Below the pieces are notes generated by a model. The model worked only from the letters and a program-made list of their open reading frames with translations, was not told the DNA's origin and did not search any database. The translations under genes were made by a program, and so were the position numbers. Below, piece by piece: positions 52,810-64,000 of a DNA stretch of 64,000 nt (the stretch's first letter is position 1; every line of letters starts with the position of its first letter). Source of the stretch: Lama glama (Eukaryota); NCBI GenBank assembly GCA_028534125.1, contig CM052818.1:28832001-28896000 (forward strand). Direction: 5' to 3'.

Positions 52810-53040
52810 ATTGTCATTTATTGAACCCCTCCTATGAACTACATATTTTTAGAAAGACTTTATAAAATTTCATACATAACCTTAAAATAATCACTTGAAG
52901 TTGTTATTATCCTCTTTGTGTAGATAGTGAAACTGAAGCCTATAAAAGCTAAATAGTTGTCCAAAGGTCATAGAGATGGCCCAGTTGAAGTCATAATGCT
53001 AATCTGAGTACGTCTCATCTATATCATTTCTTCTATGTAA
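52810..53040 (-). mobile_element. MIR SINE
   Basis: ttattatcctctttgtgtagatagtgaaactgaagcctataaaagctaaatagttgtccaaaggtcatag. Confidence 0.8.
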
Positions 53041-53206
53041 TGTTGACTAAAGAGAGTGAACAGTTATGTGCTATATTCTACACTTCCATTTATGGCATCT
53101 AGGAAGTTAGGAGGTAATTCTGACAACACCAGAAAAGCTGAAAAGCATGAGGTACATATAGAAAACAAAAAATATCTGAATCCAGTAAAGGTATCTGGCA
53201 TGGAAG

Positions 53207-53395
53207 TACGGCTGCCAGATAAAGCAAGCAAAAGTATAGGACACTCAGTTAAACTTAAATTTCATATTATGAATCATTTTTATAGTATGAGTACTTCCCA
53301 TGAAGTATCTGGGATATATTCATATAAGTTACTCATTGTCTATTTGAAAATTCAAATTAACTGGGTATTCTGCATATTATTATATGGCAACCCTC
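53207..53395. mobile_element. MER53 palindromic hAT MITE
   Basis: Termini ggctgccagat / atatggcaacc; internal arms cagttaaacttaaatttca / tgaaaattcaaattaactg; 8-bp TSD catggaag / catgaaag. Confidence 0.9.
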
Positions 53396-53403
53396 CATGA
53401 AAG

Positions 53404-53800
53404 GAGGTAGTTGAGTACAAGTGGGAGGGGACGAGAGTGGCAGAGATAAATGAAGCTGAAGGCTATCGACTGACTACGATTAGACCTTACTCTCCAGGCA
53501 AAGGGGAATCATTTGGGGTTTCTGAGATAAATAGTGACACAATCTGATTTGTGCTTCAGGAAGATTAATCTGGCTAAGAAAGGTAAAACAAATTAGAGAC
53601 ATGAAGAGTTGGAGGTAGTAATTCAGAGGAGAGGTAAGAGGGCCTGAATTATGCCACTTATAGTAGGATAGAGGTGCCAGGGCAGATTTGAGTGAGGTAA
53701 CAGAGGTAGCATCATCAAATCAGGTAATCTCAATTTGGCTAGTGAAATTTGTCTACCTGGATTTGTAGGACTAACAAACACCATTGGGGGAAAAAAAGTA
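53404..53800 (-). mobile_element. LINE-2 fragment
   Basis: gaccttactctccaggcaaaggggaatcatt..agtgacacaatctgatttgtgcttcaggaagattaatctggct. Confidence 0.7.
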
Positions 53801-54357
53801 CCATTGTAAGTATTTCTATTTTAAAACAAATGCTTGAAATGCCTCTTGGATTGTTTCTCCCACACTGGGTTACATTTCTTCAGAAGCTGCATAAACAGCT
53901 GAGACTCAGTCTGCAGTTCCTCCACTGAGTTCATGGAGTACTTTTTCATCATGACAGTGAACCCAGAGCACACACTCAAGAGGCATATGATGGATTAAGG
54001 ACAGCTTTGAGCTGCCACTGGGGATGAAAAACAGAAGACTGAAGACTGCAGTATACCAGAGAAAAAAATCCTTACCTTTTGGTTGTCTTTTATCAAGCAT
54101 GAAGTTTATCTTTTGCCCCAGGACCACAATGTTTTCTACACGGACACAGCGCTTTATGGTCACAATGTAAGTACCCTCCAGAGGCGGTTACTTAAGTCAT
54201 CCAGCAGGCCTGGTCGCCTGTTGTCATATGAGTATCATCTAGATACACACAAACACTGAAAAACAGAACAGAATAGGTTGGCAATCTTCAAATTTTTTAA
54301 ATCAATTTAAAAAATTTATTCAGCTAATATTTATTGCATAACTACTGTACTCTAGAA

Positions 54358-54707
54358 CAGGGTCAGCAAAAAAAAAAAAAAGGCAATAGGCCAAATTTGG
54401 CCCGTAGCCTGTTTTTATAAATAAAGTTTTATTGGAACACAGACACACTCATTTGTTTAGCTGCTTTCAAGTCTCAAAGGCAGAAAGAAATTCCATTTCC
54501 TACAGGGTCACAAACTTTCCTAAAGAGATAGATAATAAATATTTGAGGTGTTGTGGAGTCATTTGGTCTCTGTCACAACTACTCTATTCTGCACTGCAGA
54601 GCAAAAACAGCTACAGGCAATATGCAAATGAATGACCATGGCTATACTCTAATACAATTTTATTTTCAAAAGCAGTTCAACCTGCAGCCATAATTGGTCA
54701 GTCCCTG
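54358..54707. mobile_element. Two abutting MER58 pieces (about 54358-54490 and 54503-54707)
   Basis: Both start cagggtca; aaataaagttttattggaacacag in the first, ggtctctgtcacaactactc in the second; tctaga-centred flanks. Confidence 0.85.
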
Positions 54708-55694
54708 GTCTAGACCATAGAATGTCTCTGGAAAAACCAATAATAATTTCCCCAAGAACTAACTAACATTGGCTCAGTATTTTTATTTCTCTCCACTACT
54801 TAGACACAGCAAGTTTGACAAAATATATTCTATGTGTTTGTTTTGGTTTTTCCATATGATGACTCACCTATCTTGGACAATGCAACTCCACAGTTCACAA
54901 TTAAATCTCAAGTTCATGTTATTCCATTTTGTTCTCATTCTGCACTAATTGAATAGATGCATAATGACCACAATTAAGAAAGTATTGCTCTCATGGGGAA
55001 AACTGATCTCTTGACTGACTTGGAGATGGAATGATGTGATGCTGTATCCTCTATATCCTAGTAATGAATGCCACAGCCTGGCAACCAGCCCAGAGATTGA
55101 TCAGATTTGGTATGTCCAAGTTATAGCACAGAGGCAGAGGGCTGGGAATTGCTATGTTTGTCAATTTTCTGCTTGGGATATGTGTCCTAGAGGAAAACAG
55201 GATTCAACAAGAAAAGCAACGTAAATACATTCAAGTAGAAAGAATTTTACTAGTTCTAATTTCTTCTTCCTATTGGTAATAATGATAATAATATCAATAT
55301 TGATGATGATGATAGCTTTGTGATCCTAATCTCTGAATCAGTGTCATCTTCTACCTCGCTTAACACTGCTACATCCAATGGCTGCCAAGACCCACATGTA
55401 ATTAGTGTATTATGATTATCTCCTAACTGAGGTCTCCACTGTCAATCTCTTTTGACATTTAAGGATTCCTTGGCTTTTAATTTAAAGATTCCCATAAAGC
55501 TACCTAATTTCCTCTTCCAGGATTACCTCTGTACTTTCTTGTATAAGTAACTTTTTAGCTGAGTTCTTCTTTTTCTCTGGGATGTTCCCACCCCAACCCC
55601 TAGCTGTCAAAATTTTGTCATTGCTTAGGAACCAGTCTCTAATACAATTTTTTCCAAGAAGAGTTTCCTGTTGCTCCATTAAGTAAATATACTC

Positions 55695-56194
55695 NNNNNN
55701 NNNNNNNNNNNNNNNNNNNNNNNNNNNNNNNNNNNNNNNNNNNNNNNNNNNNNNNNNNNNNNNNNNNNNNNNNNNNNNNNNNNNNNNNNNNNNNNNNNNN
55801 NNNNNNNNNNNNNNNNNNNNNNNNNNNNNNNNNNNNNNNNNNNNNNNNNNNNNNNNNNNNNNNNNNNNNNNNNNNNNNNNNNNNNNNNNNNNNNNNNNNN
55901 NNNNNNNNNNNNNNNNNNNNNNNNNNNNNNNNNNNNNNNNNNNNNNNNNNNNNNNNNNNNNNNNNNNNNNNNNNNNNNNNNNNNNNNNNNNNNNNNNNNN
56001 NNNNNNNNNNNNNNNNNNNNNNNNNNNNNNNNNNNNNNNNNNNNNNNNNNNNNNNNNNNNNNNNNNNNNNNNNNNNNNNNNNNNNNNNNNNNNNNNNNNN
56101 NNNNNNNNNNNNNNNNNNNNNNNNNNNNNNNNNNNNNNNNNNNNNNNNNNNNNNNNNNNNNNNNNNNNNNNNNNNNNNNNNNNNNNNNNNNNNN
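55695..56194. other. Assembly gap (500 N)
   Basis: N run of exactly 500. Confidence 1.
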
Positions 56195-57159
56195 TTCCCT
56201 ACTCTCATCTCCTCAAGCATTTGTATTTCCCTACCTTCAATTACCATCCTCCACAAGCACTATCTTCCTTTGTCTACTGTCTTGAGTAAACACCACCAGA
56301 TAAGCAACTTAAAGACTAGGACTGTATTTTAGGGGTGTTGTATCATATAGGGAAAATGTATTTAAATCTGATGGTTGGATATCAGGCCCAGCTACTGCAG
56401 TTGGTAGAGGTTCTCATCAGATCTTAACATTATCTGTATTTCAGTGAATCAGAAATCAACATCCTCCCACACAAACTGACTAACACAGTGTTTAGCTCAT
56501 AGTATATGCCAAATAAATATCAGTTCTTTTCTTTATATATTTAGGGTCCTCCTGACCTCTAACATAAAGAATGTTCGATAATTTAAATTCATTTGCATGG
56601 AAATGTAGGTCTCGATAAAGGTCATACTGGGAACTTAGTATCATCAACTGAACAATTCTACTTGAATCTCTAGTATAGCAAAATCTTTAAAGGACTAATT
56701 TCCAAATCTGTTTCTCCAATACGAGAAACAAAATATAAATGAACCTAATGTTCCCAGTTGTGTCTGTGTGTTGGGGAAGGGGGGGGGACTGTGTAAATGA
56801 GAGACACTTGGAAGAGGAAATTTAATACTTAAGTTCCAAAATCAGACCATTACTTGGATTTTGTAATTTATTTTTCTTAGTCCATTCAGTAATTTTTCTT
56901 ATCTGTTCAGTTCAGGTTTTAGATTGAAACATCTTAATTCTTTTTTTGCTCTATTCTGACTTTCCTAGCTTTCTTTCAGTTGTATTTGCCACCTCATTTT
57001 GCACTGCCTCCATATTCAATGCAATTACTACTAACAAGGAGAAATTTCACTAGTTCTTTCATTTGAAAGAAAAATCAAGTTCCTTAAACAACATAAGATG
57101 ACTTAATTAAAGAAGAAATGAAGTTTTAAAAAATGTGAACAAATTGAATTTACTTGAAT

Positions 57160-57212
57160 GAATATTTACCCAATATTTGACTGCTAACCAGTTAAATATT
57201 GGGGAAATATTC
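57160..57212. repeat. Near-perfect inverted repeat (24-bp arms, 5-nt loop)
   Basis: gaatatttacccaatatttgactg-ctaac-cagttaaatattggggaaatattc: 22 Watson-Crick pairs, 1 G-T, 1 mismatch. Confidence 0.95.
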
Positions 57213-57774
57213 TTTAATATTAATATAACCCTTGAGGAATAAATATATATTTATAAATAATTTGGGGAAGTGAATAATTCACATTGATATATCTCTTTTT
57301 TAATGCAGGTTTTTATATATAAGATTTGTTTTATGTGGGATAAATCTATAATCTAATTGATATTCATTTCCATGATGACAAAATATATATTGGCTTCTGA
57401 GAAAATAAAAACTATGTTTAATGAAATAAAGAGGAACTGCATTAATAAATTTATTCACAGTTTAAGAAAGGGCAGCCAAATCAAGTACCCTTAACTCTTT
57501 CATTCGAAAAAGCCCTCTCCAAAGACAGAAAAGAAATGCAATTCTGTTAAAACCTCAGAAATATGCTGCTAACCAGTTGAATATAATTTTATAGATTTTT
57601 TTATACTTGAATATGAAGAGGCTTTTGACTGTCATTTCTTCAATGACCAGTTGCATTGTGATATACAAATGTACTACTCCATCTGCTACTTAACAGTTTT
57701 GCTATGATGATACAAAAACTTACAATGACATTTTTCTTGATATAAATGCAGATCTATAAAACAGATTACATCTT

Positions 57775-57905
57775 CAGAATCACAGAATGTTTGTACTAAT
57801 GGGATCATAGAGATGACTTAGTGTGTAGCCTTTTCCTTTTATATTTCAGGATGTTGAGACCCAGGAAGATGACATACCCAAGACCATCCTAGTAGTTGGC
57901 ATCTA
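57775..57905 (-). mobile_element. MIR3/MIRc-like fragment
   Basis: agaatcacagaatgttt..gggatcatagagatgacttag..tgagacccaggaagatgacatacccaagacca. Confidence 0.6.
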
Positions 57906-58404
57906 CTCCATAGGACGCCTATATTGTTTCCTGTTTTTTCCTTTATTCCACAGCTGAAAACAGAAATGGGAAATTCTAGCACATTCAAAATCCAAAATTT
58001 TCAGCTTAATCTCTTGCTTAGTTGTTGAGGGCCTGAGCTGCTCTAAAAATTGCAGCACTGCATTCTTCTGATAAATGCCATACACTCTCAAGATGGTCTT
58101 TCAGGCAGATGTTGGACTTCCTATCAGCTATCTGCTGACTTCCAGCTCCTCTCACGGTCTGTTAGACCCAGATCTTTCTGGTTGACTAGTCAATTACCAA
58201 TTGCCTGTATGCTTTCTTGAATTCCAAAGGTTTCTTATTGTATTCTCTTTGTTCTTCTGATTTTACAGCTTTTTAAAAAATCACTTTGCTACCATAGTAT
58301 CAACATTTGGATGAAAGAGGGTTTAATTTACTAGTTTAATCATCCTCTGGGATACTCTTTGACACATCAGAAATCCCTGGCAGGTCAGCATACCTTCAGG
58401 GACA

Positions 58405-58640
58405 TCTGTAGAAGGATTAAGATCTTCGGGGTCAGAGAAACTGAGACCAAATACTAACTTTGCCATTATTAACTAGGTGATATGCAGTAAGTTAAAATAT
58501 CTAAGCTTCAGTTTTCCCTTCCAACTGGAAATAATATACATTTTGCAGCTTCTTGAGAAAACTGGATGAAACTATCTGTAAATTACCTGAATTTTTTTTA
58601 CTTGAGTTGTGACTCACTAGTATTAATTCCATTTATTTAT
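58405..58640 (+). mobile_element. MIR SINE
   Basis: ggggtcagagaaactgag..ctttgccatta..agtaagtta..tctaagcttcagttttcc. Confidence 0.7.
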
Positions 58641-58662
58641 TTCCTTGAAAGCCAATCTAGAG

Positions 58663-58838
58663 CTATGCTACTCACAGGGTGGTCCATGGACCAGTAGCAT
58701 CTGCATTACCCAGGTGCTTGTTCAAAATACAGAACTTCAGGTCCTACTCTAGACCTGCTGAATCAGAAGCTATATTTCCTCAAGATTCCCAAGGCACTTG
58801 TATACATACTTAATGCATATAAAGTCTGAGAAGCCCTG
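58663..58838 (+). mobile_element. MER5A hAT MITE, full length
   Basis: gtggtccatggaccagtagcatc..agacctgctgaatcagaa..aaagtctgagaagccctg; TSD atctagag / ctctagag. Confidence 0.9.
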
Positions 58839-59449
58839 CTCTAGAGGTTCATTTTTATTAATTGATAGCTGTTAGGGTAAGAGGGAGGCAATGGGGAGGT
58901 CTATTAATGAAGTTCCAGAACATTCTGGGACAGATTCAAAAGTTCTGGTGAGAAAATGGTGGAAAATGTCTTTATCACTTAAAAGCATATTCTCCTTCCA
59001 GTTTTTACTCTCTCCCATTAATAAATTCAATTAAAGATCCAAAGCATGCTGAGGCACCTTGTGGCACATGTTAAATCGATGCAGTTCCCATACTCCACCA
59101 CCACAAGGATAATCGGGACGGATCCACGCAAGGTGAGTGATCCATCCAATTAGTAGTGTTTCTTGAGGAAGCATTTCCTGTGGCACCTACATAATAAATT
59201 TTAAAACCTACAAGAAGATCCTGAATGTAACTCTTTATATCCGAGCCTGACACAAACATAAGCACAGATTTCCTGTGTCTACTGACCAAGTTTGGAAGAT
59301 GTTTCATCTTCTGTGCTATAGCCAGAATTTATCCCTAAAGCTTCACCTTCAATTTGTGGGGCCTTACAATGATTCATTCTCACAGGTGCAAGCATTTTGA
59401 GAGCTGTTAGAAATATTAAATGTGCTTCAGTCAAGACACAGTGTTGGAG

Positions 59450-59955
59450 CAGATGAGTGGATAAAGAAGATGTGGTATATTTATGCAATGAAATACTACT
59501 CAGCCCTAAAAAAGGAATAAAATAATGCCATCTGCAGCAACATGGGTAGGCCCAGAAATTGTCATACTAATGAAGTAAGCAAGAAAGAGAACAAAAAAAT
59601 ACCATATGATATCACTTATATGTGGGATCTAAAAAATGACACAAATGAACGATTTTACAAAACAGAAACAGACTCATAAAGAAAATAAAGTATGGTTGCC
59701 AAGGGTAAGGGGGGGATGGAGGGATAAATTGAGAGTTTGAGATTTGCAGATACTAACACTCTATATAAAACAGATAAACACAAGATCCTACTGTATAGCA
59801 CAGGAAACTATATTCAATATCTTATAATAGCCTATAATGAAAATACATATGAAAAGGAATATATATCTATATATGTATAACTGAATCACTATGCTGCACA
59901 TCAGAAATTAACACACTGTAAACCAACTCTACTTTAATAAAAAAATAAATAAAAC
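59450..59955 (+). mobile_element. L1 3' end (end of ORF2, 3'UTR, A tail)
   Basis: cagatgagtggataaagaagatgtggtata..; collinear with the L1 at 37389-38312. Confidence 0.95.
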
Positions 59956-59967
59956 TCAAAAAATTAT

Positions 59968-60114
59968 ATAGAGACAAATGGAAACTAAATTTTTGATGGT
60001 GAGGACACTGCAGTATTTACAGAATTTGAAATATAATGTACACATGAAATGCATCTAATATTATAAAATAATATTACCTCAATAACTTAAAAATAATTTT
60101 AATGTAAAAAAAAA
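59968..60114 (+). mobile_element. Older L1 3' tail fragment
   Basis: ggaaactaaatttttgatggtgaggacactgcagtatttacagaatttgaaatataatgtacacatgaaa..tacctcaataa. Confidence 0.75.
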
Positions 60115-61639
60115 TGGTGTAGAAAGAAATAACCATATACTGTGCATAAAAGAAAATCTCATAACTCATCTTCTAAGAAATCGCTCAAATTTTAGTACTC
60201 AAGGTGCTAATTCCATTTAGGAAATTAAACAGAACAATGATTGATAGACAACTTAAAGTATACTTAATTTGTATGAAACAGGTTCTTAAGTCACATAGGG
60301 ATGATGAGAGTATTTTACAGCAGATGTTGGAGCCCAGCTGATTGTTATGAGTGTTTCATGATTCTGTTTAGGCCCCTAAATTTTGTCTGCTTAAAAAAAT
60401 AAAAAAAAAAATAGTAACTTCTTGGCATAGGAATATTTTGCAGCAAAGCATCAAGATACTTGAAGCACTCATTTCAAGTTTGGACTCTAAATTGAACTGG
60501 TTACCAAAAAGAATTATGAAATGTCAGTGTGATGACACTAATTATTCTCCAACTATCCCTTAATCTGATCCCAAATAGGGTACTCTCTTAAGCACAGCCT
60601 TAGGTGACAAGAAAAAAAAAAAAAAATCAAGAAAGTGATTAGCAGTTTCTCAACCAGGCAGAGCTTTATAATTGCAAAACTACTTTGGATTACCACCTTT
60701 AAACTGCTGCACCCAGGAGCTTAATAAATGCTAATCAAGGACTGAATAAACAAATATTTGGTAACAATGCTCTACCAGTACATGTGGAAAAGCCTTTAAC
60801 CTTGGAACCTTGTTTGGCTAACCAGTCATCTAGTTTGTCTAGTAGATCTTTCCAGATCTCATCAGTAATTTCAAATGTTACCTCTTTGTATGTATGAAAG
60901 AAAAACTCTGCCAGTTGTTATGCTGACAAGTGTATCTGAGAAGACATTTCACTGCCAAGAGTAGAAGCTGATGTGAGAAAATTTCATTATGCGCACATTT
61001 CCATTTAAAAAAAAATGATCAGAACTATCTCTCTTAAGCATAGTGTTTAGCATCAACCTGGAATCAATTCAGTTGTTATTGTTGTTTTAAAGGAACTGCT
61101 TTTTTTTTTCAATAAAACTTCAATGAAATTTGTTAGAAGAAGTTTTAGTTGCTGACATTCAGTCAAAGGGTTTGTCAACAGGATTTCACTTCTTAGATAT
61201 GTTTGGGAGCTTTGGAAAAGATATTTTCTTTCTACTTGGAAGTCTCTACAGAATATCTGGAGGCATAAGCATCAGATAGTCCCTATTCCAAAATTCACTT
61301 TATATTAAACTTGAAAGTCCCAGGACTCACTTGGGTACTAGAATATGCAAATATGAGTGTGATACCACACGAATACATGGTTAAAGATTCCATGACTGAA
61401 CAAGAATACGAGTTTAAGTAAAATGAAATGTATTCTATTCCTTAAGAGAAGTATAAAGAAGACCAGAAACCTTGAAGTTCATTGAGTTTGATGATAAAAA
61501 AATAATATGGAAAAATTCATTAAGTTAAAATTTAAAGTCTGGTCTGTCTCTTCGTGCCATACCATGCTTCATTAACTGACTACCTCAGTTGCTACAGTTT
61601 AAAAGAATATCCAGCTCTTTTTAGAATATATTTGCTCTG

Positions 61640-61850
61640 ACGGAGAAGTTGGATATTATTCAAGGAAGAAGAGTCAAGGAACAAAATTCTGATTCACGCA
61701 CTCACCTGAATGTGCTACTCTCTAGCTGCATGATCTTAATTCTTTCTCAGAACCTGACATCCCTCATTTTGAAAATGCCTTCTCTCTCACAAGATTGCTA
61801 AGCTCTTGTAAAGTATCTGCACAGAATTTGTACCTCAATAAATGTTCATT
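61640..61850 (+). mobile_element. MIR SINE fragment
   Basis: ctctagctgcatgatctt..tccctcattttgaaaatg..ctcaataaatgtt. Confidence 0.6.
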
Positions 61851-63589
61851 GCTCTGCCTTGCTTTCCCTCTACAACCTCAGGCCATGAATAAAAGTGCTT
61901 ACATGTCTTACAGACTTCCTGGTCTTTACTCAATTATCTACCTTATCGATGACAAACATTATTATCTGTACTAGCAGAAACAGTCACACGTAAATACATG
62001 GGGTATATATCATATATTGACTTGGCTCATAGGCTCAGGATTCTGTGATCACCTGTGTGAAAACAAACATTGAATCTATAGATAAGAAAATGTAGAGACC
62101 TGAGATGTTTTAAGAAAAAGTTCTGTACCAAAAATTATATCTCTTCTCTCGTTAGTTTCCTCATCAAATGACTAGGTAATTTTGCTCTCACTTTAGTTTT
62201 TGAGACTAATTTCTTCACCTGAAAGACATGATTGAAAATTTGTCTCAGTTAATTCGGAGTCTTATAAGGTTTCAATGAAGTATGGAAAGCTAGAAATCTA
62301 CACAATTCTAAGGCAGCAGTAATAGTAGAACAATCTTCCTGCTCCTCTAAGCAATTCTGTTTTTATCAGCAAACGTGTGAAGAAAAAAGATGAGTTTCTA
62401 CGTGGATCATTCGTGACTCTAAGGTTTTCCTCATGCTGAGAACCAAGATGTCATGGAGGTGGAGGGCTAGATAAATTCTCTCTGGGTGAGATCAAGGGAG
62501 CAGTCAAAGGGTAGGAGTTAGATCTCTATACAACAGGTACAAGAGAGCATAACTAAAAAAGACGAAAGTTTGTACACAAGGAGATGTAATATGACACAGC
62601 AGGTCATGACATAAAATTGTATAAATATTTATCATTTTGTGAATATGTAAACATAGTTTGAACAATACAAAAATTAAAGGAAGTTGAACTTCTTTTCCTT
62701 GATTGGGAGCAAGGATTTGTTATCCAATATAAACCAACAGGCATGTAGCTGTTTTCCATTAATGAGGACATGGGTCATTTTGGCATGGGAAATAAAGGTG
62801 TGAAAGCAAATGAGTGAGGGTATGGATACCATAAGCAATTCTATTGTGTTATCCCCAGCATAAGAACAGTGGCCTACCTCTGAACCTTAATCAGCTATCG
62901 AAAGGGCTTCACAAAGACCTTCTTTCTCCCTGTACTTAACTTTTGAATAAATTTTTGAAGCCTTTTGAAAGACTACTAACAGACTCCTGCTACTTGCTGG
63001 CAATGATCCATCAACCTTGTGCCCCAGGTTCCCAATGGATAGCCACTGTAGACAGGGAAAGCCATGGCCATAACTCAGTCATAACTTATTTTTTAAGGCA
63101 TAACTATTTGAAGGGTTTGTTATCAAGAGAGAATTTTCATGCTTCTTCTGTTTACATATCAGCAAAACTTTCCAGATATATACACATACATTCCTCATAT
63201 AATTCTAAAATAAGATGCCTAAGAGAATGAATCAATTCTGTAAAGAAAAGCAATAGTCAGTAGAGTAGGAATTTTTCTTAAAATAAATTATTTTTCTGTT
63301 ACAGAAAATTCCCACCCCAATCACCACCTTTCTAAGAATTTAAAGGAATAAAGCCAAGGTCCATAGAGAGCAACATTTATTGAAATCTGGTCACTCTTTG
63401 TGAAACCATAGGCTATTATGCTTCAGAATGCAGGAAGAAAAGTTCCCCAAAACCCAAGATTGGACACAAACAGACCCAGAATCATCTTTTAGTGCTAGCA
63501 GAGAGTTTGTTTCCAAAGAAGGATAAATCGTTTAACTATCACCTATTAAACAAGGCTCTGATATTCTACCAAATCATGTAAGAAACATG

Positions 63590-63765
63590 GACCAAGGAGG
63601 CAGAAGAATTTAGAATTAGGAATCAAGATGTCTCACTCTGCCTCTAGCTATTTGTGCATCACTGGCAAGCAATTTTCTATATTTAGCCTCTGTTATTCCA
63701 ACTGTAAAATAGAAAGGTTAAACCATGGTCCCTAACGTTCCATCCAGCTTTCAGTCTCTGATGTT
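63590..63765 (+). mobile_element. MIR3-like SINE
   Basis: ctctgcctctagctatttgtgcatcactggcaagcaatt..ctgtaaaatagaaaggtt..ctaacgttccatccagctt. Confidence 0.65.
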
Positions 63766-64000
63766 TGATCCACCTTTGTTCAGTGACAAAAGGAACCTAT
63801 GGGCCACACAAGGAGAAATCAGTTTTGTCTTAGAGGGACCAGTCCTCCAAAATATCACCTCCTTCTTTATTTCTGCATAAAAAGTATTTCTTAATTTCTG
63901 TTTATTTGGTTATACTTAACAGGCCAATAAGCACCATGTACTAAACAAACTGAAGCTAGAACGTTGACAACAATGTAAGTTTTTTTTCTTTTCCCAAGAC

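Noticed and set aside
27583..59131. 12-nt inverted match ttgcgtggatcc / ggatccacgcaa 31 kb apart
   Set aside because: Many 12-mer matches are expected by chance in a window this size
1..64000. CRISPR arrays, operons, rRNA genes, CpG-island promoter or an intact retroelement ORF
   Set aside because: None visible; this is CpG-depleted mammalian DNA containing only fragmentary elements

Overview
AT-rich, CpG-depleted mammalian genomic DNA, almost certainly from a camelid (camel, llama or alpaca). The evidence is three copies of the tRNA-Ala-derived Vic-1-type SINE and young L1 3' ends of camelid/artiodactyl type. The window is four contigs joined by three gaps of exactly 500 N (14378-14877, 35928-36427, 55695-56194), so order and orientation across the gaps are not guaranteed. 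It reads as intronic or intergenic sequence dense in transposon fossils: L1, L2, CR1/L3, MIR, MLT1/LTR16/MER21/MER34-type LTRs, a decayed ERV-L pol plus 3' LTR, and hAT MITEs (MER5, MER20, MER53, MER58). I recognise no protein-coding gene, RNA gene or CRISPR array; the supplied ORFs look like chance, repeat-derived or N-gap artefacts. The best unexplained signals are a near-perfect 24-bp hairpin inside nested inverted repeats (57106-57304) whose loop region is repeated 385 bp downstream, a multibranch-folding CpG-retaining element (23493-23600), a 26-nt L1 insertion with a perfect 16-bp TSD, and several exon-like islands on both strands that I cannot assign to a gene. The sequence alone does not demonstrate a new biological system. 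Repeat subfamily names come from recalled consensus sequences, and repeat boundaries are approximate unless TSDs are given.
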